Of a DNA stretch of 64,000 nt, positions 26,422 to 36,216 are shown one piece after another. The DNA comes from Candidatus Bathyarchaeota archaeon (GTDB lineage Archaea; Thermoproteota; Bathyarchaeia; Bathyarchaeales; Bathycorpusculaceae): the NCBI GenBank assembly GCA_963715865.1, contig OY970280.1, positions 736,001-800,000 of the forward strand. The letters run 5' to 3'. The notes below the pieces were generated by a model that saw only the letters and a program-made list of their open reading frames with translations, was not told the DNA's origin and searched no databases. The position numbers were made by a program, and so were the translations under genes. The stretch's first letter is position 1; each line of letters begins with the position of its first letter.

Positions 26422-27660
26422 TTAGAGTAGTGACTCGTAGATTTTGCTTGTTTCTTCAGCGACTTTTCGCCAAGTAAAATACTCCAGCACTCTTCGCCTG
26501 CCGTTTTCACCCCAGTTCTTAGCTTTTTCAGGGTTACTTAGCGTTTCATTTATTCCCCATGCTATGTCGGCGGGGTCTTCACTGTTAATGTGCACTCCGT
26601 TTTGGTCTGGTCCACTATTTACCACTTGCTCTTTGAAGCCTACCACGCCTCTTGCGCCTACTACAACAGGTTTCTCCATAGCCATTGCTTCTAAACTTAC
26701 AATTCCAAATGGCTCATAAATTGATGGAAAAACACAAACATCAGAAGCTGCATAATGGAGAATCCGTTCCTCTTCAGATACAAAGTCAAAGCGGTAAACA
26801 ATTTTATCCTTAATGTTTAGTCTCTCTGCTGTTTCGATGATGTCGGCTTGTTCTTCGCCTTTGCCTAAAATAACCAGTTTAGTATTAGGGTACTCTTTCA
26901 AAACCATAGGCATCGCCTGCAAAAGGTTTCGAACGCCTTTTACCCAAGTAAGCCTTCCCACGAAAAGCAACATGTTCCAACCGTCAGGAATGCCGTATTT
27001 TTCTCTGATGGCTTCAACGTCTTCTTTCTGTACTTTTTGCGGATTGTACGTTTCAGGGTCCACACCGTTCCAGACAACGCTGATTTTTGAAGGCGACCAG
27101 CCGTGTTTTACAAGGTCGTCCTGCATAGCGTAACTTACAGTAACTATGCGGTCGGAATTTTGAGCCATAGCCCTCTCTAAATGGGACACTACTTCGGAGC
27201 CTTGCCCGCCGCTTCTGCCCCATTCTGTACTATGCGTGTGGAAAACTACCGGTATCTTGGTTTCGTTCTTAATTACTAAGCCTGCAATACTGCTCAGCCA
27301 GTCGTGAACGCAGACGACGTCAAAATTGTAATTTTCTTTTTTTATTAAGCCGTTAATGAATTTTGTTGCGCTTAGGATGTTGTAGATAAAAATGTCGTTA
27401 AAAAGTTTGATGTTAGTGCCCCATTTTTTTAGGTCGTCTACCACAAAGAAGGGCCAGATGTTGCTTGCGTCAGCTATTAACGGCCTGTGAACTTCTACTC
27501 CTCGCAGGATTTCTCGTGTTTTTAACCCGTTATTATTTAGCGTAAAAACTGAAACATCATGTCCAATGTCAACGAATTCATGGGTAATGTACTCTGCGTA
27601 AGTGCCTAAACCGCCTACAAGTTGAGGCGGATATTCATAGACGAAAAAGCCAATTCTCAA
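26422..27660 (-). CDS. GT4 glycosyltransferase (glycogen/starch synthase-like)
   Basis: EYPP..VGGLG, HDW, FVGRL...KG, PSIYEPFGIVSLEAMA. Confidence 0.9.
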   Translation of the reverse strand: MRIGFFVYEYPPQLVGGLGTYAEYITHEFVDIGHDVSVFTLNNNGLKTREILRGVEVHRPLIADASNIWPFFVVDDLKKWGTNIKLFNDIFIYNILSATKFINGLIKKENYNFDVVCVHDWLSSIAGLVIKNETKIPVVFHTHSTEWGRSGGQGSEVVSHLERAMAQNSDRIVTVSYAMQDDLVKHGWSPSKISVVWNGVDPETYNPQKVQKEDVEAIREKYGIPDGWNMLLFVGRLTWVKGVRNLLQAMPMVLKEYPNTKLVILGKGEEQADIIETAERLNIKDKIVYRFDFVSEEERILHYAASDVCVFPSIYEPFGIVSLEAMAMEKPVVVGARGVVGFKEQVVNSGPDQNGVHINSEDPADIAWGINETLSNPEKAKNWGENGRRRVLEYFTWRKVAEETSKIYESLL

Positions 27661-27692
27661 AAAACGTCACCTAAGCTTGCTTTAACTATTGC

Positions 27693-28022
27693 TTGCATGC
27701 TATTTATACTTTAAATATCCGTACTGAGGGTTCTGGTGTTTCTTCGGGTGACGGGAAAAGGTGTTTTTCATCGGGTGATGAGTTAAAAAAACCTGTTCTA
27801 TTCTATTTAATCCTTGTTGGATTAGCGTTGTTTTTTATGTCCGTCATAATCCATGTAAACCTTTCTGGTGAAATAGGCTGGAATACATTTAACATCAATT
27901 ATGTAGAGTCATTTATTACAGAAATTACTGCAATTATAGGTTTAAGCTTGTTTATGGTATCTGTTTTGCTTTTCGCTTTTGTCAATCGTCTTTCTTTAGT
28001 TGAAACACAGCCTCAAGAATAG
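27693..28022 (+). CDS. Small two-TM hypothetical protein, start unclear
   Basis: Two hydrophobic helices. GGTGATGAG precedes TTA-AAA-AAA-CCT, which could be a mutated TTG start. Confidence 0.4.
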   Translation: MHAIYTLNIRTEGSGVSSGDGKRCFSSGDELKKPVLFYLILVGLALFFMSVIIHVNLSGEIGWNTFNINYVESFITEITAIIGLSLFMVSVLLFAFVNRLSLVETQPQE

Positions 28023-28644
28023 GCTGAAGCATTAGAAGACTAAATGCGATAACGATAAGGGTTAGTTTGGTTGCTAAGTCATCGAATTGCCAATTAAAAG
28101 TATCTTGACTACTTGAAATAGTTAATGTTGAAACTGATTGCGTTGAATTGTTAGGGGCACCAATCGAAACACTGGAACTGAATAAAGCGGGCACTGGTAA
28201 CAAATAAGTGAAAACAACCGATTCAATAGGCCATATCAATGTTGCAGTTCCACGATATGACCCATCAGGCGCTTGTTTTAAGAAAATATACCCGTTTTGT
28301 TCTTCGCCTCCAATGTATTGAGACTTAGAAGAATAAAGAACTGAACCCCAAAAACCAAGCTCTCCATAGTATTGAAGCAGATTAGTTGTGTTAACATCGG
28401 AAATAATTACTGATACTGTAATCGGGTTATCTGCACTGAAGCTTCCTCTTGCTGTAAAATAGTATGCGAAAGTCGCTGTTATTGTTGGAATACTACTATT
28501 TGGTGACGGAAAAGTTCTAGTTTGAACGTACGGGGTATAATGAACCATGCCTGTAGTTGTAAATAGGAATGCATCAACCATGATAATAGCCCATATAACT
28601 AGAAGAGATAAAGCAAGAACTCGCCTAACTGTTGTTTTCTTCAG
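27982..28644 (-). CDS. Hypothetical membrane protein with extracellular beta domain
   Basis: Extending in frame to CTG 28644 adds KKTTVRRVLALSLLVIWAII (signal anchor); C-terminal TM. Confidence 0.55.
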   Translation of the reverse strand: MKKTTVRRVLALSLLVIWAIIMVDAFLFTTTGMVHYTPYVQTRTFPSPNSSIPTITATFAYYFTARGSFSADNPITVSVIISDVNTTNLLQYYGELGFWGSVLYSSKSQYIGGEEQNGYIFLKQAPDGSYRGTATLIWPIESVVFTYLLPVPALFSSSVSIGAPNNSTQSVSTLTISSSQDTFNWQFDDLATKLTLIVIAFSLLMLQPILEAVFQLKKDD

Positions 28645-28810
28645 TTTTAATTCGCCATCTTGGAATTTTATTAAATAATTGCTATTCTATTGATTGCTTT
28701 TTATGTTTTTGGTTGCGTTTTGTATTAGGGTTATCCACTTGTTTTTTCCTTCAATAGTTATTTCGCATGCATCGCTATTTTTATTATTCAGTAAAAATAC
28801 CTAGTCGGCA

Positions 28811-29356
28811 GTGATAAGTTTGAAGTCAGCATTAATAATTTACTGGTCAAGCACTGGGAACACTGAAAAAGTCGCTTACGCCGTAAGAGAAGGCTTGGAA
28901 GGCGCAGGGTTAAAAGTTGATTTGAAAAAACCTCAAGACGCTGCCGCCATTGACTTTTTCGATTATGATTTGGTTTGTGTTGGTTCTCCATCAATTAGGT
29001 GGCAGCCTGCTAAGCCAATGGCTGATTTCCTTAAGAGCAAGCTGAATTTTTACCGAAGTCAAGGAAAAATTAAGCCGTGCGCTCCTAAAGTGGAAGGCAA
29101 AAACGCGCTGGTTTTCTGCACGTATTCTGGACCGCACACAGGCATGGATGAGGCGACGCCAGCGGGAAAAACAATGAGGCAGTACTTTGAGCATTTTGGC
29201 TTTAACGTGGTTGGTGAATGGTACGTTTTGAGCGAGTTTCATGGAAGAGAAGACTTGAGCACACAAGGCAGGCTTGGCGACATCAGAGGGAAGCCCACAG
29301 CGGAGGATTTGGCGAAAATTAAAAAAGACGCTGAGCAAATAGCAAAGAGCTTGTAG
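28811..29356 (+). CDS. Flavodoxin family protein
   Basis: IYWSSTGNTEKVA FMN loop; VGSP; FCTYSG. Start GTG 28811 or TTG 28820. Confidence 0.88.
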   Translation: MISLKSALIIYWSSTGNTEKVAYAVREGLEGAGLKVDLKKPQDAAAIDFFDYDLVCVGSPSIRWQPAKPMADFLKSKLNFYRSQGKIKPCAPKVEGKNALVFCTYSGPHTGMDEATPAGKTMRQYFEHFGFNVVGEWYVLSEFHGREDLSTQGRLGDIRGKPTAEDLAKIKKDAEQIAKSL

Positions 29357-29646
29357 TGGTTGATATGGCTAAAACCGTTAATTTGCCTGATAAAATCTAT
29401 GATGATTTAGCTAAGACTGCTGAAGAATTAACTTTCATGGCGAAAAAGCCGATTTCGCAATCAATGGCAATAAATCTTCTAATTGAAGTTTACCATGCAC
29501 ACATGAACAATCCATGTGCACTTGACGCTTTCAGCCAGCAACTAGCAAGTTTAGACATCATGTCACCAGAAGAATTCGACAAATACTGGGATGAACTCTC
29601 AAAAACACAAGAGACAAAGCGCAAGGCAAAAACCAAAAAACAGTAA
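29356..29646 (+). CDS. Hypothetical protein, possible ribbon-helix-helix DNA binder
   Basis: KTVNLPDKIYDDL beta-alpha start; coupled to the flavodoxin stop. Confidence 0.55.
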   Translation: MVDMAKTVNLPDKIYDDLAKTAEELTFMAKKPISQSMAINLLIEVYHAHMNNPCALDAFSQQLASLDIMSPEEFDKYWDELSKTQETKRKAKTKKQ

Positions 29647-29661
29647 ACGCGTGGTCAAACA

Positions 29662-30999
29662 TCAGTTTAGGGTTCTCTTTTGAGTTTTCTTCTTCCAAAC
29701 GTAAACAAGAGTAACAACTGTTCCAATGGCAACTACTGTCAAAACTAGCAATAAAGGAAAAGCTGAGAAAGACGATGAAGGAACTTGCATAGGCGGAGGC
29801 GTAGGAGTGAAGACGGGCTCTGCAGCTGTGGCATACATGCTATAGACAATTAAAGAAATTGGAAATGAAGCGGGAAGTCCAGTGTAGGCTATATGGGCGT
29901 TGCCGTGAGAGTCCATTGCTATGGGACCTGCTTGAGTCGCGAGGCTATTTGGACCGACGATTTGCATGTCCCAAACGCTGCCTGTCCATCCGGCATAAAC
30001 CAAAGAGCCAGAATAGCTATCCATCCCAGATGCATTGCAGTAGTCGATGTGGGGGTAATCATAGGAGTCTAACGCAAGGAAAACAATGTTGCCCACGTCT
30101 GCGTTTGAAACCACGGTTTGAGTATTCCAAGCTGACCCATTCCAACTGGCGTAGTTTAAGGTACTGTTACGACTAAAGGATATTGGGTAATCTTGTCTGT
30201 AAACAAAGTGTGGATAACCTTTAGAATCTAAAACCATATTTCCATAGGAGCTCAAATTGTAGAAGATAGTTTGGGTGATCCAGCTTGAACCGTTCCACAC
30301 AGCATATTTCACAGTTGTTGTACTCTGGGGTACAGAAATATCGTACCCGTAGAGTATGTGCGGGTTGTTGTTTGAATCTAATGCCAAATACACGCCATCC
30401 TGATAGCTTATTGGTAAGTCTACGGTTTGGGTATCCCAGCTTGAGCCATTCCAACTAGTATACTTCAACACTGAAATGTCGTCGGTGACTCCTTGAGGAT
30501 AATCAGAAACGGGTAAATTTGCTTTGTAAGCTATGTGCGGGTTGCCAGCTGAATCCAAAGCAAGAAAACCCCCGCGAGATCCATCTTCGGTCACGGTTTG
30601 TATGGTCCAGTTTGACCCCGTCCACCAGGCATACATTAAGCCATCGATACCGGCGTATGACAGGTGTGGATTGTTATTAGAGTCCAACACTAAATTGAAA
30701 GAGCCTTCGATTTCTGGTGGTATGGTTTGGGTGTTCCAGCTTGAGCCGGTCCAGCTTGCATACATCAATTCTGAAGGGCCGGGGTGGACCGAACCGCTGT
30801 AGGCATTGCCTGTTTCGTAGTGAGCATAGAGTATATGCGGGTTGTTGTTGGAGTCTATAGCAATTAAACCGCCACCAGCGCTGGTTGAGTCTATTGTTTG
30901 GATACTCCAGGTCGGTGCAGCGTGAACTGGTACTGCCGAGAAGAAAGCTACCAAAAGCGTGGACAACAAAAGAATGTTCAAGATAGCACAAACACGCAT
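29662..30999 (-). CDS. Secreted 7-repeat beta-propeller protein with C-terminal TM anchor
   Basis: Seven W..QT(I/V)....(L/I)DS...PHI.Y repeats; Pro linker; TM + KKK. Confidence 0.8.
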   Translation of the reverse strand: MRVCAILNILLLSTLLVAFFSAVPVHAAPTWSIQTIDSTSAGGGLIAIDSNNNPHILYAHYETGNAYSGSVHPGPSELMYASWTGSSWNTQTIPPEIEGSFNLVLDSNNNPHLSYAGIDGLMYAWWTGSNWTIQTVTEDGSRGGFLALDSAGNPHIAYKANLPVSDYPQGVTDDISVLKYTSWNGSSWDTQTVDLPISYQDGVYLALDSNNNPHILYGYDISVPQSTTTVKYAVWNGSSWITQTIFYNLSSYGNMVLDSKGYPHFVYRQDYPISFSRNSTLNYASWNGSAWNTQTVVSNADVGNIVFLALDSYDYPHIDYCNASGMDSYSGSLVYAGWTGSVWDMQIVGPNSLATQAGPIAMDSHGNAHIAYTGLPASFPISLIVYSMYATAAEPVFTPTPPPMQVPSSSFSAFPLLLVLTVVAIGTVVTLVYVWKKKTQKRTLN

Positions 31000-31072
31000 G
31001 TCGCCATTACCTCGTCAAAGACCCTAAGGACCTTATAATTTGACGACTATAAAAAACTAAAGCAATAATTAC

Positions 31073-31621
31073 CTAAAGAGCAGCTAATGTTCTCTTGGTT
31101 ATCTCTTCAGCCAGTCTATCCCTATTAGCTAATGTTACGGTGAATTTTTCTGCGTCGTTTCTTTGTTTTGCGTCGTTTATTAGCGGGTCTCTGGCTTTTC
31201 CGTGCACAACAGCTAACACCAGCTTTCTGCTCTCTAACGCTTGCTTTACGGCTTGTTTGAACTTCTGCGAGAAAAGCTCCATAGGACCAATCTCATCAAT
31301 AGCGACGACGTCGCATTTTTCTACTGCTTCTGCAATGGCTGCGGTGCCAATTTTTTCGAGGTCTTCCATGTTAACATGGTACTTGCCGACTTGCGGACCC
31401 GTTCTCTGGTTGATGTGCGCCAGCCATCCATGTTTGGAGTTGGTTAAGTCTATGATTTCGAAACCTATGCGTACGTTGCCTTCCCGGGCTTCGCGGCTTA
31501 TCATGCCGCCAACACTGACGCCCTGCGCTTTAAGAGCGTCCACTGCCTTGATGAGCACAGTGGTTTTTCCAACGCCCGGAACACCAGTTAAAAGCAAAAC
31601 ACGTTTCTGCAACCGATTCAC
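31073..31621 (-). CDS. Nucleoside-triphosphatase THEP1 family
   Basis: LTGVPGVGKTT, VGKYHV, IDEIGPMELFS..F. Confidence 0.92.
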   Translation of the reverse strand: MNRLQKRVLLLTGVPGVGKTTVLIKAVDALKAQGVSVGGMISREAREGNVRIGFEIIDLTNSKHGWLAHINQRTGPQVGKYHVNMEDLEKIGTAAIAEAVEKCDVVAIDEIGPMELFSQKFKQAVKQALESRKLVLAVVHGKARDPLINDAKQRNDAEKFTVTLANRDRLAEEITKRTLAAL

Positions 31622-31694
31622 ACCACCCTAACCAGAAGTCTAATATGTCGATAAAATTCTTTTCATAAACAAAACCGCTGAGGCGCACCGTTAC

Positions 31695-32912
31695 ATGGTT
31701 GATGAGGACTATAAGGCAGATTTTCCAAGCGAAATAATCAAGGAAGGCAAAGTACAAGTTCTAGTGCCAAAACTCGAAGCCTACGGAGTTGCGCCTTCAG
31801 ACTATGCGCCATCTAAAGCTCCAGTCTTCTACAACCCAGTCATGGAGTTCAACCGTGACCTAACAGTTTTAGCGTTCCAAGCCTACCAACGCATGGTTAA
31901 CAGGGAAATCTCAATTTGCGACCCGTTTACCAGCCAAGGAATCCGAGGCGTGCGCTTTGCCGCCGAAATTCAAGGCGTTAAAAAGGTGTTAATCAGCGAC
32001 ATTAACGAGCGAGCATTCAAACTCGCAAAGCACAACGTGCAAATAAACGGTCTTGAAAAACTGGTCGCTGTTAAGCATAAGGATGCGAACTGCGTTTTAA
32101 GCTGCCATGCCTCGCCTAAGAAACGGTTTGACATTGTTGATGTTGACCCGTTTGGCACTCCAGCGCCATACTTAGACTCAGCCATCCGAGCAATCCGCAA
32201 TAACGGCTTGTTAGCTTCAACGGCAACCGACCTTGCGCCGCTGTGTGGAGTGCACGTTAAAGCCTGCATTCGCAAGTACGGCGGCAGACCCTTGCGAACG
32301 GAGTATTGCCATGAGCTTGCTGTTCGGCTTTTAGCCGGTTGCACCGCCGCCTTAGCTGCAAAGCATGACATTGGCATTCGAGTGGTTTTTAGTCATAGCA
32401 GTGAGCATTACATTCGAGTTTATGCTCAAATCGTGTATGGCGCAAAGAAGGCGGATGAAAGCGTCAAAAGCCTCGGCTGCATTCTGCATTGTTTCAATTG
32501 TTCCCACCGAGAGACAACGCGCAACCCATTCGACAAAAGCATTGAAAAATGTCCTGAATGCGGCTCAAAAATGGACTACGCTGGTCCCCTGTGGCTGGGA
32601 AACATCTTCGACCCTAACTTCTGCGAATCAATGATAAAAGAAAACAAAACGGTAGCTTTCAAGAACAGTGCTAAAATCGCAAAACTTCTCGCTTTAACCA
32701 AAGACGAAGCCTCAGCACCCATAACATACTACGTACTTGACAAGTTAAGCGGAAAACTTGGCCTTCCATCCCCTTCCATACAAACCTTCGTCAATGCGCT
32801 CTGCAACAGCGGTTTCCAAGCTTTTCCAACTCACTTTAACACGAGAGGAATTAGAACAGACGCTCCTGCCTTGGCAATGCATAAACTGCTCAAAGAAGCA
32901 AGTGGTAGTTAG
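31695..32912 (+). CDS. trm1: tRNA (guanine-26-N2)-dimethyltransferase
   Basis: VFYNPVM.FNRD, GIRGVR, DVDPFGTP, TATD, C..C Zn ribbon, GPLWLG, THF...GIRTDA. Confidence 0.95.
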   Translation: MVDEDYKADFPSEIIKEGKVQVLVPKLEAYGVAPSDYAPSKAPVFYNPVMEFNRDLTVLAFQAYQRMVNREISICDPFTSQGIRGVRFAAEIQGVKKVLISDINERAFKLAKHNVQINGLEKLVAVKHKDANCVLSCHASPKKRFDIVDVDPFGTPAPYLDSAIRAIRNNGLLASTATDLAPLCGVHVKACIRKYGGRPLRTEYCHELAVRLLAGCTAALAAKHDIGIRVVFSHSSEHYIRVYAQIVYGAKKADESVKSLGCILHCFNCSHRETTRNPFDKSIEKCPECGSKMDYAGPLWLGNIFDPNFCESMIKENKTVAFKNSAKIAKLLALTKDEASAPITYYVLDKLSGKLGLPSPSIQTFVNALCNSGFQAFPTHFNTRGIRTDAPALAMHKLLKEASGS

Positions 32913-32987
32913 ATAACAATTTTTTTGTAGCAACAAAAGTTTAAAGAGCAAAGCCACCAGTCCTTAAATTAACAAAAGTGAACAATC

Positions 32988-33794
32988 ATGAACGATAAAA
33001 TCACGATAATTGGCGCAGGCATGATGGGCGGCGCCATAATCAAAAGCCTACTGAAAGGCGGCTACCAAGGCAAAATAACAGCGGTTGATATTCAACCTGA
33101 AAGACTCAAGGAATTTGAAAATCTTGGCGTAAAAACGTCAACCGATAACAAAAAAGCCGCTGCAGATGCGGACATAATCTTCATCATTGTTAAACCAGGT
33201 GATGTAGAAAAGGTTCTCAAAGAAATCAGCCAAGAAATCAAGGACAAACTGTTGATTTCTGTAGCTGCAACTGTTCCGTTAAAGTTTTTGAAAAAGAATG
33301 CTCCTGACGCTAGGATAGTTCGCATTATGCCTAACCTTGGCGCTTTAGTGCAAGCAGCCTACACGGCTTACTGTTGCGAAGCAAACGTTACTCAAGAGGA
33401 CAAAGACAAAGTTAAAACTTTGCTTAACATGATGGGCATATGCGATGAAATCGACGAGAAATACATGGATGCAATAACCGCAATAAGCGGCAGTGGACCA
33501 GGATACTTGTCGATAATTATTGAGGCTTTGACTTATGCTGGATTAAAAGTTGGGTTACCGCGTAACATAGCGTTAACCAGTGCAGCCCAAACGGTAATGG
33601 GCACAGGCAAACTTATTATTGACTTGCATGAGGAACCATCAAAGATTAAGGATATGACAACAACTCCGGGCGGCACAACCATCGAAGCCATATACCAAAT
33701 TGAACAAAGCCAAATCAGACCAGCAATAATACGCGCAATCGAAGAAGCCACAAAGAAGAGCCAAGCAATCAGAGAAAAACTAAACTTAAACTAG
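32988..33794 (+). CDS. proC: Pyrroline-5-carboxylate reductase
   Basis: IGAGMMG, RIMPN, DAITAISGSGPGY, TTPGGTTI. Confidence 0.96.
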   Translation: MNDKITIIGAGMMGGAIIKSLLKGGYQGKITAVDIQPERLKEFENLGVKTSTDNKKAAADADIIFIIVKPGDVEKVLKEISQEIKDKLLISVAATVPLKFLKKNAPDARIVRIMPNLGALVQAAYTAYCCEANVTQEDKDKVKTLLNMMGICDEIDEKYMDAITAISGSGPGYLSIIIEALTYAGLKVGLPRNIALTSAAQTVMGTGKLIIDLHEEPSKIKDMTTTPGGTTIEAIYQIEQSQIRPAIIRAIEEATKKSQAIREKLNLN

Positions 33795-33805
33795 CAAGAC
33801 CAGCC

Positions 33806-34462
33806 ATGTTTGAAGCGGTAATTTTCGACTGGGATGGCACCCTAGCCGACACACGACAAGCAATCGTTATCGCATTCCAAAAAGCCCTAAGCGAAATCAA
33901 CTGCAAAGTCAGCGATGGGTACATTGAACGCCGAATCGGAATTGGAGCAGCAGACACTTTCCGCGACACATTACGGTCAGCAAAAATGCAGTTTGGCGAA
34001 AAATTGATCCAGCACTTAATCGAACGCAAGAGCCATCTTGAAATCGAGCTAACAAACCAAGTGAAACTGTTCCCGGGCGCCAAAGAGCTCCTTGAAGCGT
34101 TACATGGCAAAGTGAAAATGGGTCTAGCATCAATGAATAACCGCTCAGTAATCATCCACTTGCTAAAAGCAAACGACTTGGGAAAATACTTTGATGCCGT
34201 TCTTACAGCCGAATCAATTTCACACTCAAAACCAGACCCAGAAATTTTCTTAAAAGCCGCGTCTAAACTGAAAACTATCCCTGAAAAATGCGTAGTTATC
34301 GAGGATTCGATTTTTGGTGTCAAAGCCGCTAAAGTGGCAAACATGAGTTGCATTGCGGTTCTAACAGGTGTTTATTCTAAACAAGAACTTGAAAGGGAAA
34401 AGCCCGATTTGATAGTTAAAACGTTAAAAGATAGGCAAATCCTGCCGTTTATTGTGCAGTAA
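33806..34462 (+). CDS. HAD-superfamily phosphatase (beta-PGM-like)
   Basis: FDWDGTLADT, SKPDPEIF, EDSIFG. Confidence 0.9.
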   Translation: MFEAVIFDWDGTLADTRQAIVIAFQKALSEINCKVSDGYIERRIGIGAADTFRDTLRSAKMQFGEKLIQHLIERKSHLEIELTNQVKLFPGAKELLEALHGKVKMGLASMNNRSVIIHLLKANDLGKYFDAVLTAESISHSKPDPEIFLKAASKLKTIPEKCVVIEDSIFGVKAAKVANMSCIAVLTGVYSKQELEREKPDLIVKTLKDRQILPFIVQ

Positions 34463-34549
34463 TATAACCTTGTGGTAGTGTTTTGACAGTCACATAGCTT
34501 TAAGAATTTTTGAAATTAATATTAAATCACTGTCAAACTGTGGGAAGGG

Positions 34550-34831
34550 ATGATATTCTTGAAGAATCTGCTTGCAAACAAAAAAACAAATCCTCCAGTA
34601 TTCCAAGTTCTGCTGCTAGACAATGATGCTAGCGAAGACGTTGAGGTTCAGGAGGCAAAACAGGTTGATTTTCTCCAAGTCAAGGAGCACCTGAAAAACG
34701 GCGGGTCAGTCTTCATTACAAGCAAAGGCTCGCAAAAACTAGTTTACCCCAAAGCCAAAGCGCAGCTAAACTATAGCAAATCAAGAAAAAACTATGGAGC
34801 CCTCTTCCGACAGCACCTGAGAAGTTCATAA
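34550..34831 (+). CDS. Small hypothetical protein
   Basis: GGGAAGGG before the ATG; protein-like composition. Confidence 0.55.
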   Translation: MIFLKNLLANKKTNPPVFQVLLLDNDASEDVEVQEAKQVDFLQVKEHLKNGGSVFITSKGSQKLVYPKAKAQLNYSKSRKNYGALFRQHLRSS

Positions 34832-35051
34832 ACGTGTGACGTGCATCCAGATTAAGATTCCCTTTACCCCCCTCTCTCTTCCGTATGTTTTTTTGGGTGC
34901 ACGCCACTCCTAGTTACTCTTAATGCGTTTGGCGCGTAAAAACTTGCTTTACGATTAGAAAAGAGGTATCTCTTTATTTTATAGATATAACTTGGGTTCT
35001 AAATGCATATGATAAGAAAATAAATTTTTAAAGATTAAAATGATAAGCGCC

Positions 35052-36122
35052 TTATTCTTTTCGCCTCAAAGCTTTAGGAACGTAGGCGCATCGTGGGTCT
35101 GAACCCAAAATATCTCCAGTATAAAACAAGGCTGAAGATCGGCAGCCGCCGCAAATCTCGCGGTACTCGCAAACGCCACATTTGCCCTTTATGTGGCTTT
35201 TATCTTTAACTTCAGCGAAAAACGCTGAATTTTGCATTTCAGCCCATATTTCCTTAAGCGACTTATCCTTAATGTTCCCAAGCCTGTAGACATCATTGTA
35301 ACTGCAGGGAATTGCATCGCCGTTTTCTGCAATGCTCATGAATTTGCCGAAGAAACATCTACCCAAGAAAAAGTTGTTGAACCAGTTATCAAAATCAGGC
35401 ATCCCTCGCTGCTTGGCCACTCGCGCGTAGAAGGGAATGTAAACGTTAATTCCTGGTTTTCCTTTATACTCTGAAGTCAAGTCGTAGAGTTTGTTGCAAA
35501 CCCACTCGTACTGCTGAGGTGAAGGGTCAGCTTTAAGGCTGCTCTTTTCTTTGCTGTAAGGGATAAAACCGTGAAAAACCACCCAGCGAGCATCATATTG
35601 ACGTGCTAAATCAAGAACATGCGTAATATCTTCCGTGTTAACGTTTGTTACGGATTCGCCTGCGTTGGCAAACGTGTATACAAGGCAGTTTAACAGTTTC
35701 TCGCGTGAAAACTTCTCTATCGCTGAAACCGCAGCTGCATAAGCGCCTTTTCCACGAATAGCATCATTTGTTTTCTCTGCGCCATCGATGCTGACAGAAA
35801 TTTTAACCGCGTTTTTAACAATGTTTTCAAAGGCTTTCTGGTCCATCAAGCGTCCATCAGTTATGATGCTTGTGTTCAAACCAAGCTTTCTAGCATAACT
35901 TATAACTTCGAAAAGGTCCTTTCTCAAAAACGGCTGTCCACCGGTAATTCCGAAGAAGCTTGCGCCAAAATCGTAAACTTCATCAACAATTTTCATGGCG
36001 CCTGCCGTGTCAACTTCGTCTGCAACAGCCGTTTTGCCCGCAGAAGTACAATGAACACAATTACTATTGCATGCGAAAGTGCAGCGCCAAGGAACAATGA
36101 ACAAGGGACCTTTACTTTTCAA
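35052..36122 (-). CDS. Radical SAM/SPASM protein (AhbD/NirJ/PqqE-like)
   Basis: CNSNCVHC, ITGGQP, SIDG; SPASM GRC..G..C...KCGVCEYREICGGCR. Confidence 0.88.
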   Translation of the reverse strand: MKSKGPLFIVPWRCTFACNSNCVHCTSAGKTAVADEVDTAGAMKIVDEVYDFGASFFGITGGQPFLRKDLFEVISYARKLGLNTSIITDGRLMDQKAFENIVKNAVKISVSIDGAEKTNDAIRGKGAYAAAVSAIEKFSREKLLNCLVYTFANAGESVTNVNTEDITHVLDLARQYDARWVVFHGFIPYSKEKSSLKADPSPQQYEWVCNKLYDLTSEYKGKPGINVYIPFYARVAKQRGMPDFDNWFNNFFLGRCFFGKFMSIAENGDAIPCSYNDVYRLGNIKDKSLKEIWAEMQNSAFFAEVKDKSHIKGKCGVCEYREICGGCRSSALFYTGDILGSDPRCAYVPKALRRKE

Positions 36123-36216
36123 GCTTCATCTCTCCGTGGCTTGTTAATATGCTATCCAAAACGACCATGTTATTTAACACTTCACATTCAACTGCCATTT
36201 TTTCTCATCCTACAAA

